Below the pieces are notes generated by a model, which saw only the letters and a program-made list of their open reading frames with translations, had not been told where the DNA came from and ran no database searches. A DNA stretch of 48,206 nt from an uncultured Nitrososphaerota archaeon. Lineage in GTDB: Archaea > Korarchaeota > Korarchaeia > Korarchaeales > Korarchaeaceae. The stretch's first letter is position 1; each line of letters opens with the position of its first letter. Below are positions 30,358-39,830 of this stretch, piece after piece. The translations under genes and the position numbers were made by a program. The stretch is from assembly GCA_964618805.1 (NCBI GenBank), contig CAZUBM010000015.1:1-48206 (forward strand), written 5' to 3'.

Positions 30358-30834
30358 CTAATAGATCAAAAGTTTTCCTTCTCCCTCCATCTCAAAGAGA
30401 TGATCGCAGTACGGATCTCCCTTCTCTCTCCTCTTTATCATCTTCAGGTTGACCTTGGGGTTAATTGCCGAAGCCAAGCCGTGAAAGAATGGCCATCCTA
30501 AAACCTCACATAACCAGGTCCATGGAAGATTTAGGGACAGAGCAGCTGTCATAAGCGGACAAAAGCCTGAGTTGCGGAGTAGAACCTTTCCCTCTCCAAC
30601 GTGCAGTATTTTAGCGGTGGGCTCCTCCTTCAAAAACTCCCTTAAGAGAGCTGCCAATGCTCTCTCATCGTTTCCTTTAATCCCTGCTTTCTCAATTATC
30701 ATCTTACCTAGAGACAAACCCTGATTGAACGAAAACTCCTTGATCTCATTCTTTGGCGTATCCTTAAACCTTTCGTAAAACTCACCCAAAACTTGGGGGT
30801 TAACATACCAATCTTTGGGTAACGAAAGGCTCAA
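30358..30834 (-). CDS. V4R / ATC-hydrolase-like small-ligand-binding domain protein
   Basis: FCPL...LCE...AINPKV...KGDPYCDHLF three-Cys pattern; TTG 30834 preferred over ATG 30909. Confidence 0.7.
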   Translation of the reverse strand: MSLSLPKDWYVNPQVLGEFYERFKDTPKNEIKEFSFNQGLSLGKMIIEKAGIKGNDERALAALLREFLKEEPTAKILHVGEGKVLLRNSGFCPLMTAALSLNLPWTWLCEVLGWPFFHGLASAINPKVNLKMIKRREKGDPYCDHLFEMEGEGKLLIY

Positions 30835-30948
30835 GATACCATCTTGATAACACCCATTTGCTGTATTTAAGCATATGTAAGAAAGATATAGGAAGAAATA
30901 ACTCTTCATACTGGAATCTAAGGATCTTTTTATGGTTTTATCGCCTTA

Positions 30949-32150
30949 TTGTTGGTGTTTTTCATGTCTTGGTTCTTGAAGGAGATAATTGAAGGGATAA
31001 CGATGGTTAGGATCTTAAACACTCGGTTCAAGAGATTTGAAAACTTCTGGCCAATTCCAAAAGGGACATCTTACAACTTCTACGTGATAAATGGATCTGA
31101 GGGGGTTGCTCTAATCGATGGACTGATGAAAGGGTTTCATCTCATTTTTGGGAAGGCCTTGAGAAAGTAGTGGACCCAAAGGAAATAAAGTACGTTATCA
31201 CACAGCATGCAGAGCCAGATCATTCAGGAACGTTATCGGACGTTATGAAAAGAGCTCCTAATGCAACTCTGCTTGGAACGAAGCAGGCATTACAAATAGG
31301 GAAGAAATTAGCTGATTTTTCCTTGGAAAGGTCGAAGGAAGTATCTAAAGGTATGGAAGCAAGCTTAGGAGATAAGACACTTAGATTCATTTTAACACCT
31401 TTCGTCCACTGACCAGACACGATGATGACTTTGCTGCAAGAGGACATGGTTCCCTTCACCTGCGATATGTTCGGTTCTCATGGAGCAAGTAAGGCGACTT
31501 ATTATGATGAGGACCCTGAAGGATTTGATCTTAGAGATTACTATGCCTCAATTCTTATGATCTACACAAACATGGTGGCTAGAGCCCTTAGAAAGGTAAA
31601 TGAGGTCAAACCAAAGTTAATCGCACCAGCACATGGTGCAATTCACAGAGACTTATCCCTTCCTCTTGAAATGTACGAGAGATGGACTTCATGGAAGCCC
31701 CTAAGAAAGGTACTTGTTGCTGTAGGAAGCCAGTATGGGAGAACGACTAAGTTGGCAGAAGCAGCTGCGGAGGGCATTGCCAAAAATGGGCTTGAGCCCG
31801 TGATGGTTGATACAGCAGAAGCTGATCCAGACGACATGTTAGCGGAGACCTTAGAAGCAGCTGCCTTGCTTATTGCAACAAGCACACATAATGGAAGGCC
31901 CTTTATAGGGATAACCTATTATTTAGATCTGCTTGATGAGTACAAACCTAAGAACAAGGTTGCAGCAATCCTAGGATCCCATGGATGGGCTAGTGTAGCA
32001 CTAAAAACTGTTAGAGAAAGGCTTGAAGGAATTAAAATACCTGTCATTCAAGAACTTTTGATAAAAGGCTCACCAACAAAGGAGGAATTGAAAAAGGCTG
32101 AGGGATTAGGAAAGAATCTGGGAAAAGAGGCTCTTGAATTGATGAACTAA
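30949..32150 (+). pseudogene. fprA: Flavodiiron protein FprA, frameshift near 31122 and in-frame TGA
   Basis: GTSYNFY, HAEPDHSG, PFVH*PDTM (31410-31412, conserved Trp), CDMFGSH, PAHG, SQYGRT flavodoxin loop. Confidence 0.9.
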
Positions 32151-32257
32151 ATTCAATTTGCTAATTAGCTCAACCTCGCTTCACTGCCCTGCTGGTGAAA
32201 GCAAGGTGGTCTAACCATTGCCTTTTAAGCCCTCTTTGATTTAGCTTGTGTCTATCC

Positions 32258-32500
32258 TCAAATTCCTAGTTCTGTTTCAATGAAACTAACAAGTTTGCTG
32301 AAATCGGGGTCTCCCACCAGATCTTCGACAAGAAGGTCGATGTTCGTTGTTCCTATCCCCAATTTCTCTGCCCATGCAATTTGTTCGTGTTGAGGCAGGA
32401 AGTGGATCGTGGCTGTTGAAATTTGGTTTTATCATCACGCTTCCTCTAGCCCCTTCTATCATCTGCTCTGACTAATGCAACAAGACTCTTTCCGGCCTCT
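32258..32500 (-). pseudogene. DUF362 family remnant with internal deletion
   Basis: KSLVALVRADDR, VMIKPNFNSHDPLPAST joined directly to HEQIAWAEKLGIG. Confidence 0.75.
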
Positions 32501-32720
32501 TGTATTTATTTTCCCTTGATTTCGCTCTTTGTTCATACAAAGTTGCTCTTGACACCATTATCATGAATTTAGCTAGACTTATGCTTGTTTTCATAATATC
32601 TCCTCAGAAAGCCTAATTCTTAAGGTTAATTAAATTATTAAAGAGAGAAATCGTACAGAATCAGCTTTCTGAGCTGCTTTCTTATCTCTCTAAGCTAAAT
32701 AAAAGTCATTTAAGGCACAA

Positions 32721-32946
32721 ATGTTAAAAGCTGCTATTTTGGAAGACGACAATCTAAGGCATGGAGATTCTGTTCTCTTTTTAAAGGACTAACGATGCAT
32801 ACAATGTGCTCGTTAAGAAGAAGCTTAATGGGAAATGGATTTTAGAAGGCTCTCCTAGCAATGTTCAAGCATCATTCGAGAAGAAGTATGAACCTAGCAA
32901 ATGGATAACGCTAAAAGCATTAGTATCTCTCAAGGGAAAAGAATAG
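32721..32946 (+). pseudogene. Remnant of a prenyltransferase-like alpha/alpha-barrel protein (short N-terminus joined to C-terminus)
   Basis: ILEDDN followed by DAYNVLVKKKLNGKWILE...EPSKWITLKAL. Confidence 0.55.
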
Positions 32947-32980
32947 CAATTACTTAACCCATTTACTGCAGGAAAGAAAT

Positions 32981-34315
32981 CTATGTTGTTCCTATTCCCA
33001 CCTCTGATTCGATTTCTCTCAACTCTGACCGAATCTGCTCATCTTCCACCATACTAACCTTCCAGAAAACATGTTGGACTGTAATACCGTCGTATAATGA
33101 TCCAGAGGGAATGGCTCTTAATCTATCGGCAAGATATATGGGAACCTCGCCGCCCACCCAATCTCTAATCTTCTCCTTTATTATTCTCATGGAAAATTCG
33201 TATATTGGATCCTTCTCATCCCCTCCATAGGACATTAAGGTCTCGATCGCTGATTCGACATCCTTTCTTTTTACATCGAAAGATTCTCCGTCCCTTAATT
33301 TCCTTCTAAGATATGAGAGGGAAACATACTGCTCTGATGGTAGATGGGTTATGTAAATGGCCTCAACTTTTAATCCAAGCTCTGAGAGAGCTCTAGCTAT
33401 GTAAGGTGCCTGGAAGATAGAGGGATATGTATTGTGTTGCCTAAGAATCCCTCCTACCACAAAGAGTTCCGCTTTCTCGCTTTCCAGCATTTTAAGGTTG
33501 GGCAAAATCTCCTCTACTGGTATGAAAGATCCATTCCTTGTTTCAGCTCCATCGCTCAATAGGATATATGCCGTATCTTTATGCTCGATTGAAATCGATA
33601 TTGGAGGCTCCGGAGGGCTATGTGGAGCCTCCCCAAGGCACACATATCTAAGATCCCCATCCTTTAACATGACTTCTGAATGCTGTTCTCTAATCCTCTC
33701 ATTAAATGGATCAATCCATCGTACCCTCCTTCCCCTCTCCGGTGCCATGTATCTGATTAATTCTCCCACATCTCCTTCCAACCTTTGACTGTAGACTATT
33801 GACCCGGCAACTGCTAACAAGAAGCATTTCCTTGACACCAGAATGCGTTTGAGCTTCCACTCACTAGTTGAGTTTATCAAGCCCGGTAAGCACCTTGGCG
33901 AATGATCTTCATGAGGATGGCTATATATTGCATACCATGAGCTAAGTTCTTCCATATCGAGAATGCTAGAGAAGTTCGGAGGCAACACAGTATCATGCAT
34001 GATAATAGTGGGGGGTGTAAGCAAAATCAAAGCAGTAGTTGGAGGTGTTGCCCAGCCAAAGCGATCAAGGCTTTTTCCACAAGAACCAGGAATTATTACC
34101 CTTGAGACCTCACTCGGAGCACTGATCCACCTCTTCAAGTAATTAAATAGCTTCAAAAGTTGGAGCCTACTTATCCACTCGAACAGAAATGGGGAGTTCT
34201 CATAAATTATAGAACTCAATGACTTTCCCTTTCCCGCCGTAACCACCAGATATCTTATGGCCCTATCAAGCGGAAGAAGCTTTCTAAGGAGATCAATGGC
34301 TCTCTCTTCGCCCAT
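32981..34315 (-). CDS. Divergent metallo-beta-lactamase-fold protein
   Basis: MHDT, YSHPHEDHS (HxHxDH), APHS, LLSDG, ITHL motifs in MBL order. Confidence 0.65.
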   Translation of the reverse strand: MGEERAIDLLRKLLPLDRAIRYLVVTAGKGKSLSSIIYENSPFLFEWISRLQLLKLFNYLKRWISAPSEVSRVIIPGSCGKSLDRFGWATPPTTALILLTPPTIIMHDTVLPPNFSSILDMEELSSWYAIYSHPHEDHSPRCLPGLINSTSEWKLKRILVSRKCFLLAVAGSIVYSQRLEGDVGELIRYMAPERGRRVRWIDPFNERIREQHSEVMLKDGDLRYVCLGEAPHSPPEPPISISIEHKDTAYILLSDGAETRNGSFIPVEEILPNLKMLESEKAELFVVGGILRQHNTYPSIFQAPYIARALSELGLKVEAIYITHLPSEQYVSLSYLRRKLRDGESFDVKRKDVESAIETLMSYGGDEKDPIYEFSMRIIKEKIRDWVGGEVPIYLADRLRAIPSGSLYDGITVQHVFWKVSMVEDEQIRSELREIESEVGIGTT

Positions 34316-34441
34316 AATACTTTAGAACTTGAGAAGAACTTTAAAACGATATTGAACAATAAAACCTAAAGCTTAATGGATTATCTCTTCATTTGAGGTT
34401 GAATCGAGGAGATAGTTGCCCAGTTTGCCCAATGTTGAATT

Positions 34442-35101
34442 TTGGAGAGGAATATGGGGCCGTTAACCTTCCTAACGTATTTGCTTCTGGCTCTCGTATT
34501 TTACTCCTTTGTTTTGGCCAGATTTCTCAGAAGGTTCTTTAAGTCTCCTTGTCCTTATCGAGCCACCTATTTAATAGAAAACCCCGTCCGAAGGATATTT
34601 TTTGGCCCAAAAAAGATCCTGAATAGGGTTGGAATACTTCCAAAAATGAAGGTCTTGGAGTTGGGCCCGGGAGGGGGATTTCTAACTATAGAGGCTGCTA
34701 GGATGGTTGGTGATGGTGGTATCGTTTATTGTCTTGACATTCAGCCAGAAATGATTGAAATTTTGAAGAAAAAAGCAAGAAGACTCGGTATAGATGATAA
34801 GATTAACGCAGCAGTAGGAGATGCTGCTAACCTTCCTTATCTTCCAAATAGTTTCGACCTTGTCTTTATGGTCGCCGTCTTAGGTGAAATATCGTGCCAA
34901 GAGAAAGCACTTAGCGAGATTTGGAGAGTTTTAAAGGAGGGAGGCATCCTGTCGATTACTGAACTCTTACCAGATCCAGATTATATGATGCTAAGAACGG
35001 TAAAGAGGCTCTGTAAAAGCATTGGATTCGAATATGTTGATGCAAAGGGCAATTTCTTTTGTTACACAGCAAACTTCACCAAGAAGAAAATTTTAGGCTA
35101 G
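34442..35101 (+). CDS. Class I SAM-dependent methyltransferase with N-terminal TM
   Basis: VLELGPGGG, LDIQPEM, GDAANLP, RVLKEGG. Confidence 0.92.
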   Translation: MERNMGPLTFLTYLLLALVFYSFVLARFLRRFFKSPCPYRATYLIENPVRRIFFGPKKILNRVGILPKMKVLELGPGGGFLTIEAARMVGDGGIVYCLDIQPEMIEILKKKARRLGIDDKINAAVGDAANLPYLPNSFDLVFMVAVLGEISCQEKALSEIWRVLKEGGILSITELLPDPDYMMLRTVKRLCKSIGFEYVDAKGNFFCYTANFTKKKILG

Positions 35102-35208
35102 AACTAGCAAACTTTATGTTTTCATTGAATTTTTCGCTCATCCGGACATGTAATGCCGGAACTATTACTTATTTTTAGGAGCATCTCGGTGAAACCACTG
35201 AAGGGTCC

Positions 35209-35757
35209 ATGCCAGTTGACGAAGTTCTCAGGGCTATAGAAAGGGAAGCTAGAAGAAAGCATCTTCCCATAATAGGACCCGAGAAAGGAAGAATTTTGGT
35301 TGATTTGATTCGAAAGATAAAGCCTAAGCGCATACTGGAGGTCGGTACACTTATAGGATATTCAACCATTTTAATGGGAAAGGAGCTTGAAAGCAAAGCA
35401 GAGATAATTACAATAGAGATTGACATGGAGGAGGCTAAGATAGCCCTAGAAAACATAAGAAAGGCGGGAATTAAACCTAGAGTAAGAGTGTTAGTTGGAA
35501 ATGCCTTGAAAATAATCCCTGTACTCGATGGAGAGTTTGATTTCATACTCCTTGATGCTACGAAGAGCGAGTATCTTAACTACTTGAAATTAGTTGAGGA
35601 CAAGCTTCACAAGGGGAGCGTAGTAATAGCAGATAATGCAGTTATTTTCCGGCATTCTATGAGGAATTATCTTGATTATGTGAGAAACTCTGGAAAATAT
35701 GAGAGCCGGCTTATACAAGTGGATGACGATGGAATGGAAGTAAGCGTGAAGGTTTAA
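35209..35757 (+). CDS. O-methyltransferase (YrrM / Methyltransf_3 family)
   Basis: ILEVGTLIGYS, FDFILLDATK, IADN. Confidence 0.92.
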   Translation: MPVDEVLRAIEREARRKHLPIIGPEKGRILVDLIRKIKPKRILEVGTLIGYSTILMGKELESKAEIITIEIDMEEAKIALENIRKAGIKPRVRVLVGNALKIIPVLDGEFDFILLDATKSEYLNYLKLVEDKLHKGSVVIADNAVIFRHSMRNYLDYVRNSGKYESRLIQVDDDGMEVSVKV

Positions 35758-35778
35758 GGAACTTAATAAGAGAAGGAT

Positions 35779-36150
35779 TTGAATGAAATAGTAAAGGATG
35801 ATGTTATGAATGAGATCATGTTGATCTTCGCCCTACTATCTTCCTTAATCCTAGCAACATTGTTTTATGGGTGGAACAACAGGTGCCCCAAGTGTAAGAG
35901 GTTATTTGCGCGACAATTCTCGATAAAGTTGGTTAAAAGGGATCTCTTGAAGGAAGACTCTTGGGAGCTACATCTTTGGAAAAGAAACCTTTTGACTGAT
36001 TTTAAAATCGTTCCATTTAAGAGAATTTACTATGTTCGAGTTTATCTCGACCACTACAGGTGCATTAAGTGCGGTTATGAGTACTCAAGGGTGTCAAGGG
36101 AGCTTTCCTTCAAAGATGTTGAGCTTAGAGTTGAGGAGTCCAAGCGTTAA
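35779..36150 (+). CDS. Membrane-anchored protein with split Zn-ribbon
   Basis: TM, then CPKC ... CIKC. Confidence 0.65.
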   Translation: MNEIVKDDVMNEIMLIFALLSSLILATLFYGWNNRCPKCKRLFARQFSIKLVKRDLLKEDSWELHLWKRNLLTDFKIVPFKRIYYVRVYLDHYRCIKCGYEYSRVSRELSFKDVELRVEESKR

Positions 36151-36514
36151 TTTAAGAGTTTGTTCATAAGAAAGGATATTAATACCTCAAAGAGCATCTA
36201 AAAGCCCTTTATCCTTCTAAACAAAGGAGTTAGATCAAAATTCAACACCAATTATGTGTTTAATCCTCTCCTTTAGGCAATTTAGCCTCTCTTTGTGGGA
36301 TGAATCTTGAAGTGGATATTAAAGAGGACTTGTCTCTATCTTTTTGATGATTCTTACCAGGTGTTCCTTAGTTAATCCCTTATTTAAGAGGTTTTTCAGT
36401 TCCCCCAAGGTTATATTGAGGGCCCTATCCCCAATTCCCCTAACGTACTCGACAATGATGTTTTCTGCCCTTTTTTGCCCATTTCTCGTCCCATGAAAAC
36501 ATTTTCATCAATTA

Positions 36515-37221
36515 TTAGCGAGAGCTTCGAGAATAAAAAGAATTTTCTGTCTGTATTTTTCTCCATACCCCAACATCACTTCCTCCATCTTTATGAGCTA
36601 AATATCGTTTAACATCGTCCATCGTGTCAATATCAATTAATACCTCCTCCTCATCGACTAGAACGTATAAAATTTCATCCCTATGCCTGTTTACAACCGA
36701 CTTGAGGCCCATTTCTTTCTCACTTATCCTTAAAATTCCATTAGACAGAGTTTTATTGAAAATAATTGGATGATCAGCCCTGTTTTATAGCTAACAACTG
36801 CTATTTTGGGCCTATTCTCCTTATAACGTCTTATTAGCTCGTTTATGACATTCTCAGAAATGAAGGCAACATCGGCCAGATGGATTATTACGGCCTCTGA
36901 TTGACTTTCAGCTTCCTTTACCCATTGTTTAACCGAGGGGGACATCCCAACATCGTAATTGGGGTTGAAAATTACCCTAAGCTTCTTGCTTACTACGATT
37001 TAGATCGCTCTCTTCACCTCATTTGATTGATAGCCAGCTACTAAGATAAGAAGAGCGTTCCTCATAATCAGATCTTCTTTCAGAAACTCTGAAAGTTCGG
37101 GTTTAATGTTTGTCAGAGCTCTTATTAAATCATCCACCGTTCTTACATGCTCTCTTATTACAATCTTTCCCGTCCCAGCAACTCGCATAAGTCTGCCGTA
37201 TAATCGCACAATCAGAGCCAT
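36515..37221 (-). pseudogene. Chimera: MoaD/ThiS-like N-terminus fused to a MocA-type nucleotidyltransferase remnant
   Basis: VRLYGRL...TVDDLI...LILVAG then YQSNEV...NPNYDVGMS, HLADVAFI, DIDTMDD; stop at 37000-37002 and frameshifts. Confidence 0.8.
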
Positions 37222-37479
37222 GTGGCTTCGTATTAGACTCTCTACAATGAATATAAAAGATATCTTATGAACAAAGTCTCTCTAATGAGAGAAAGGATCT
37301 AAATTGAGGGCTTTTGCTGATAGTTATATTGGAATCGCGTTTGAATTCTCTACGCTGTTTATATGGATAAAGTAGGGCTGTTACCCATTTTTCGAGTTTT
37401 TACAGAGTATCCTTGGCCATACACCGGAAAGAATAACGTTTAAGTTATAACTCCTCCGCAAATGTGCAGGGTGATTTTA

Positions 37480-38655
37480 TTGATAGCCCTAAAAGGTGGA
37501 AAGATCCTGACAATCACAAAAGGAATAATTGAGGAGGGGACAATCCTAATAGAAGATGGCAAGATAAAGGCAGTGGGCAAGGATGTTACAATTCCATCTG
37601 GTACGGAAGTCATAGATGTCACAGGAAAGGTTGTCATGCCAGGAATTGTAGATCCTCATAGTCATGCAGGTATAAGCATGGAAGGAGTTGGCTGGGAGGG
37701 TAGAGATCATAACGAGACTTCAGATCCAATAACTCCTCATCTTAGGGCATTGGATGCGATAAAGCCTGAAGATCATGGCTTTCAAGAGGCAAGGGAATAC
37801 GGCATTACAACTGTTTGCGTATTACCTGGAAGCGCAAACCCAATTGGCGGTTTAGGTGCAATTGTGAAATGTTATGGAAACACTGTCGAGGAAATGCTTG
37901 TTAAGGAGCCCTTCTGCCTTAAAATGGCCTTTGGGGAGAACCCGAGGAGCGTCTATGGCCAAGGTATGAAAAAGGCTCCTTATACCAGGATGGCTGTAGC
38001 AGGTCTTATCAGAGAATGGCTTACCAAAGCTCAGAACTACATAAAAAAGAAGGAAGCAGCAAAGAAAAAGCCAGAGGAATGGGAAAAGTTCGAGAAGGAC
38101 ATAAAGTTAGAAGCATTGGAGAAGTTGTTGAAAAAGGAGATAATAGCTTACCCACATGCTCACACTTCTTACGATATAATGACAGCAATTAGGCTGTCAG
38201 AAGAGTTCGGATACGAAATGATACTGCAACACTCGACCGAAGCCCATTTAGTGGCAAATGAACTAGCAAAGAGAGGAATAAGGGCTGTATGTGGTCCACT
38301 CTTAACAGCGAGATATAAGGTGGAGTTAAGGCACAGAACCCCGGAAATGCCTGCCATCTTATATAAGGCTGGTGTAAAAATCGCTTTTACCGTAGATCAT
38401 CCCGTACTACCCCCAAAGGTCCTTCCAATAAGCGCTGCGGTAGCTGTAAGAGAAGGCTTGCCGGAAGAGGAAGCTCTAAAAGCTCTAACTATAAATCCCG
38501 CTGAATTTCTGGGTTTAGATGATAGAATAGGGAGCATAGAGGAAGGTAAAGATGCGGATCTCGTCGTCATGACGGGACATCCCTTGGACATAATGAGAAG
38601 CAGGGTTGAGATGACCTTTATCGATGGAAAGATAGTATATGAAGCGAAGAGCTAA
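37480..38655 (+). CDS. Metal-dependent amidohydrolase (imidazolonepropionase-like superfamily)
   Basis: PGIVDPHSH, KMAFGENP, DHPV, GSIEEGKDADLVV; TTG start after GGTGA. Confidence 0.93.
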   Translation: MIALKGGKILTITKGIIEEGTILIEDGKIKAVGKDVTIPSGTEVIDVTGKVVMPGIVDPHSHAGISMEGVGWEGRDHNETSDPITPHLRALDAIKPEDHGFQEAREYGITTVCVLPGSANPIGGLGAIVKCYGNTVEEMLVKEPFCLKMAFGENPRSVYGQGMKKAPYTRMAVAGLIREWLTKAQNYIKKKEAAKKKPEEWEKFEKDIKLEALEKLLKKEIIAYPHAHTSYDIMTAIRLSEEFGYEMILQHSTEAHLVANELAKRGIRAVCGPLLTARYKVELRHRTPEMPAILYKAGVKIAFTVDHPVLPPKVLPISAAVAVREGLPEEEALKALTINPAEFLGLDDRIGSIEEGKDADLVVMTGHPLDIMRSRVEMTFIDGKIVYEAKS

Positions 38656-38656
38656 T

Positions 38657-38690
38657 TCCCCTTTCCCTTCCTTTTTTTGTTTCTTTTTTT
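38657..38690 (+). terminator. Oligo-T archaeal terminator
   Basis: Pyrimidine tract with two T7 runs immediately after the amidohydrolase stop. Confidence 0.6.
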
Positions 38691-38708
38691 CAAAATAGAG
38701 GTGAATGC

Positions 38709-39740
38709 TTACTCGATTCCTATAATATATTCATCTCCATCAATAAGCTTCTTTCCATCGATCCAAACAGTTGAATTCTTTATTATGCAATCGATGTGAG
38801 TTTTCGACACCCAATCAGCTCCTGTTTCTTTTGGATATGGATTTCCAAATGCTAAATGCACTCTTGCCTTTTCGTCTTGAAGAAGGATCCCTATTAATGG
38901 CATTTTCATTAGCTCTAGGTTTGTTGGCATGGCTATCTCCCCAGCTCTGCTGCTGTTTTCGTCGGTCTGTAAATACTCCTTAAGGTCCTTCTTTAGTTCA
39001 TCTAGTTCGCACTCTATGCTCTCTATATCGGCTCTCGAGTTCACGATGTCTATGTGAACTGGAGCATCCCTTTCAGCTTCTGGTCTTGTTAAGACTCCAT
39101 ATTTTTTAGAGAACCAATCTCCTAGCTCATCTGCCACAAGATGCCCCTCCACCCTGTATGGAGCCGTAAATATCTCCCCTTCTGGCAAGTTTCCCCACTG
39201 CCCTTTCTTATGATATATCCCGTCACATGGCTTCCACTTCCATTCTGGATTTAACTCGATTACAAGGTGGGTACCTGCAGGATTTGTTACCTTAAGCTCC
39301 CTAACATCTTTTAAGATCTTCTCCAGCTTCTTTGTGAAAGCCGAGATTCTCCTATAATCTGAGCACATCCCTTGTTCCATAAGAAGTTTAGTAACCCCTG
39401 GCATGTGGGCATGTCTTGCGTACTTTGTCGCGAGCAGCCTAAAGGATCTCCTCATTGGAAGCTCGCCTTTCTTACTCTCAGCAGCCCAGAAGGTCACGTC
39501 TGCCCAAGGTATTGCTCTCTCAATTTCCATGGGAAGCGCCATCATAGGCCTCTCACCATAATCCTCTAGGACGAAGAGTCTGACGTGTTGAGTAATCCCT
39601 AATGCTGCCCTCCTTATCGCATCTCCAACCTCAAATTGGGATCTATCAGTAACTATTAGGACATGTTCTCCTTGTTTGACTCCCATACAAACCTCTACAG
39701 CATTTCTCGCTCCCTCTTCGAGAGTACCCAATCCCTTCAC
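38709..39740 (-). CDS. M29 / aminopeptidase T family protein
   Basis: NLPEGEIFTAP, AGEIA, QDEK..VHLAFG, THID. Confidence 0.9.
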   Translation of the reverse strand: MKGLGTLEEGARNAVEVCMGVKQGEHVLIVTDRSQFEVGDAIRRAALGITQHVRLFVLEDYGERPMMALPMEIERAIPWADVTFWAAESKKGELPMRRSFRLLATKYARHAHMPGVTKLLMEQGMCSDYRRISAFTKKLEKILKDVRELKVTNPAGTHLVIELNPEWKWKPCDGIYHKKGQWGNLPEGEIFTAPYRVEGHLVADELGDWFSKKYGVLTRPEAERDAPVHIDIVNSRADIESIECELDELKKDLKEYLQTDENSSRAGEIAMPTNLELMKMPLIGILLQDEKARVHLAFGNPYPKETGADWVSKTHIDCIIKNSTVWIDGKKLIDGDEYIIGIE

Positions 39741-39830
39741 CGAAGAATCGTCTTCAGGAGAATAAATTAAGCATTGTCTGTAATTAGTTTTCTTTATCTC
39801 TTTCCTCCGTCGGAATGCTTAGGTGATAGC

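Noticed and set aside
35140-35160. Small TCCGG...CCGGA hairpin between the two methyltransferases
   Set aside because: The 5-bp stem is too short to support any function.
9808-37002. Stop-codon reassignment or Sec/Pyl readthrough explaining the in-frame stops
   Set aside because: TAA, TAG and TGA all occur and replace different residues, all three also end intact genes, and several of the same genes carry frameshifts.
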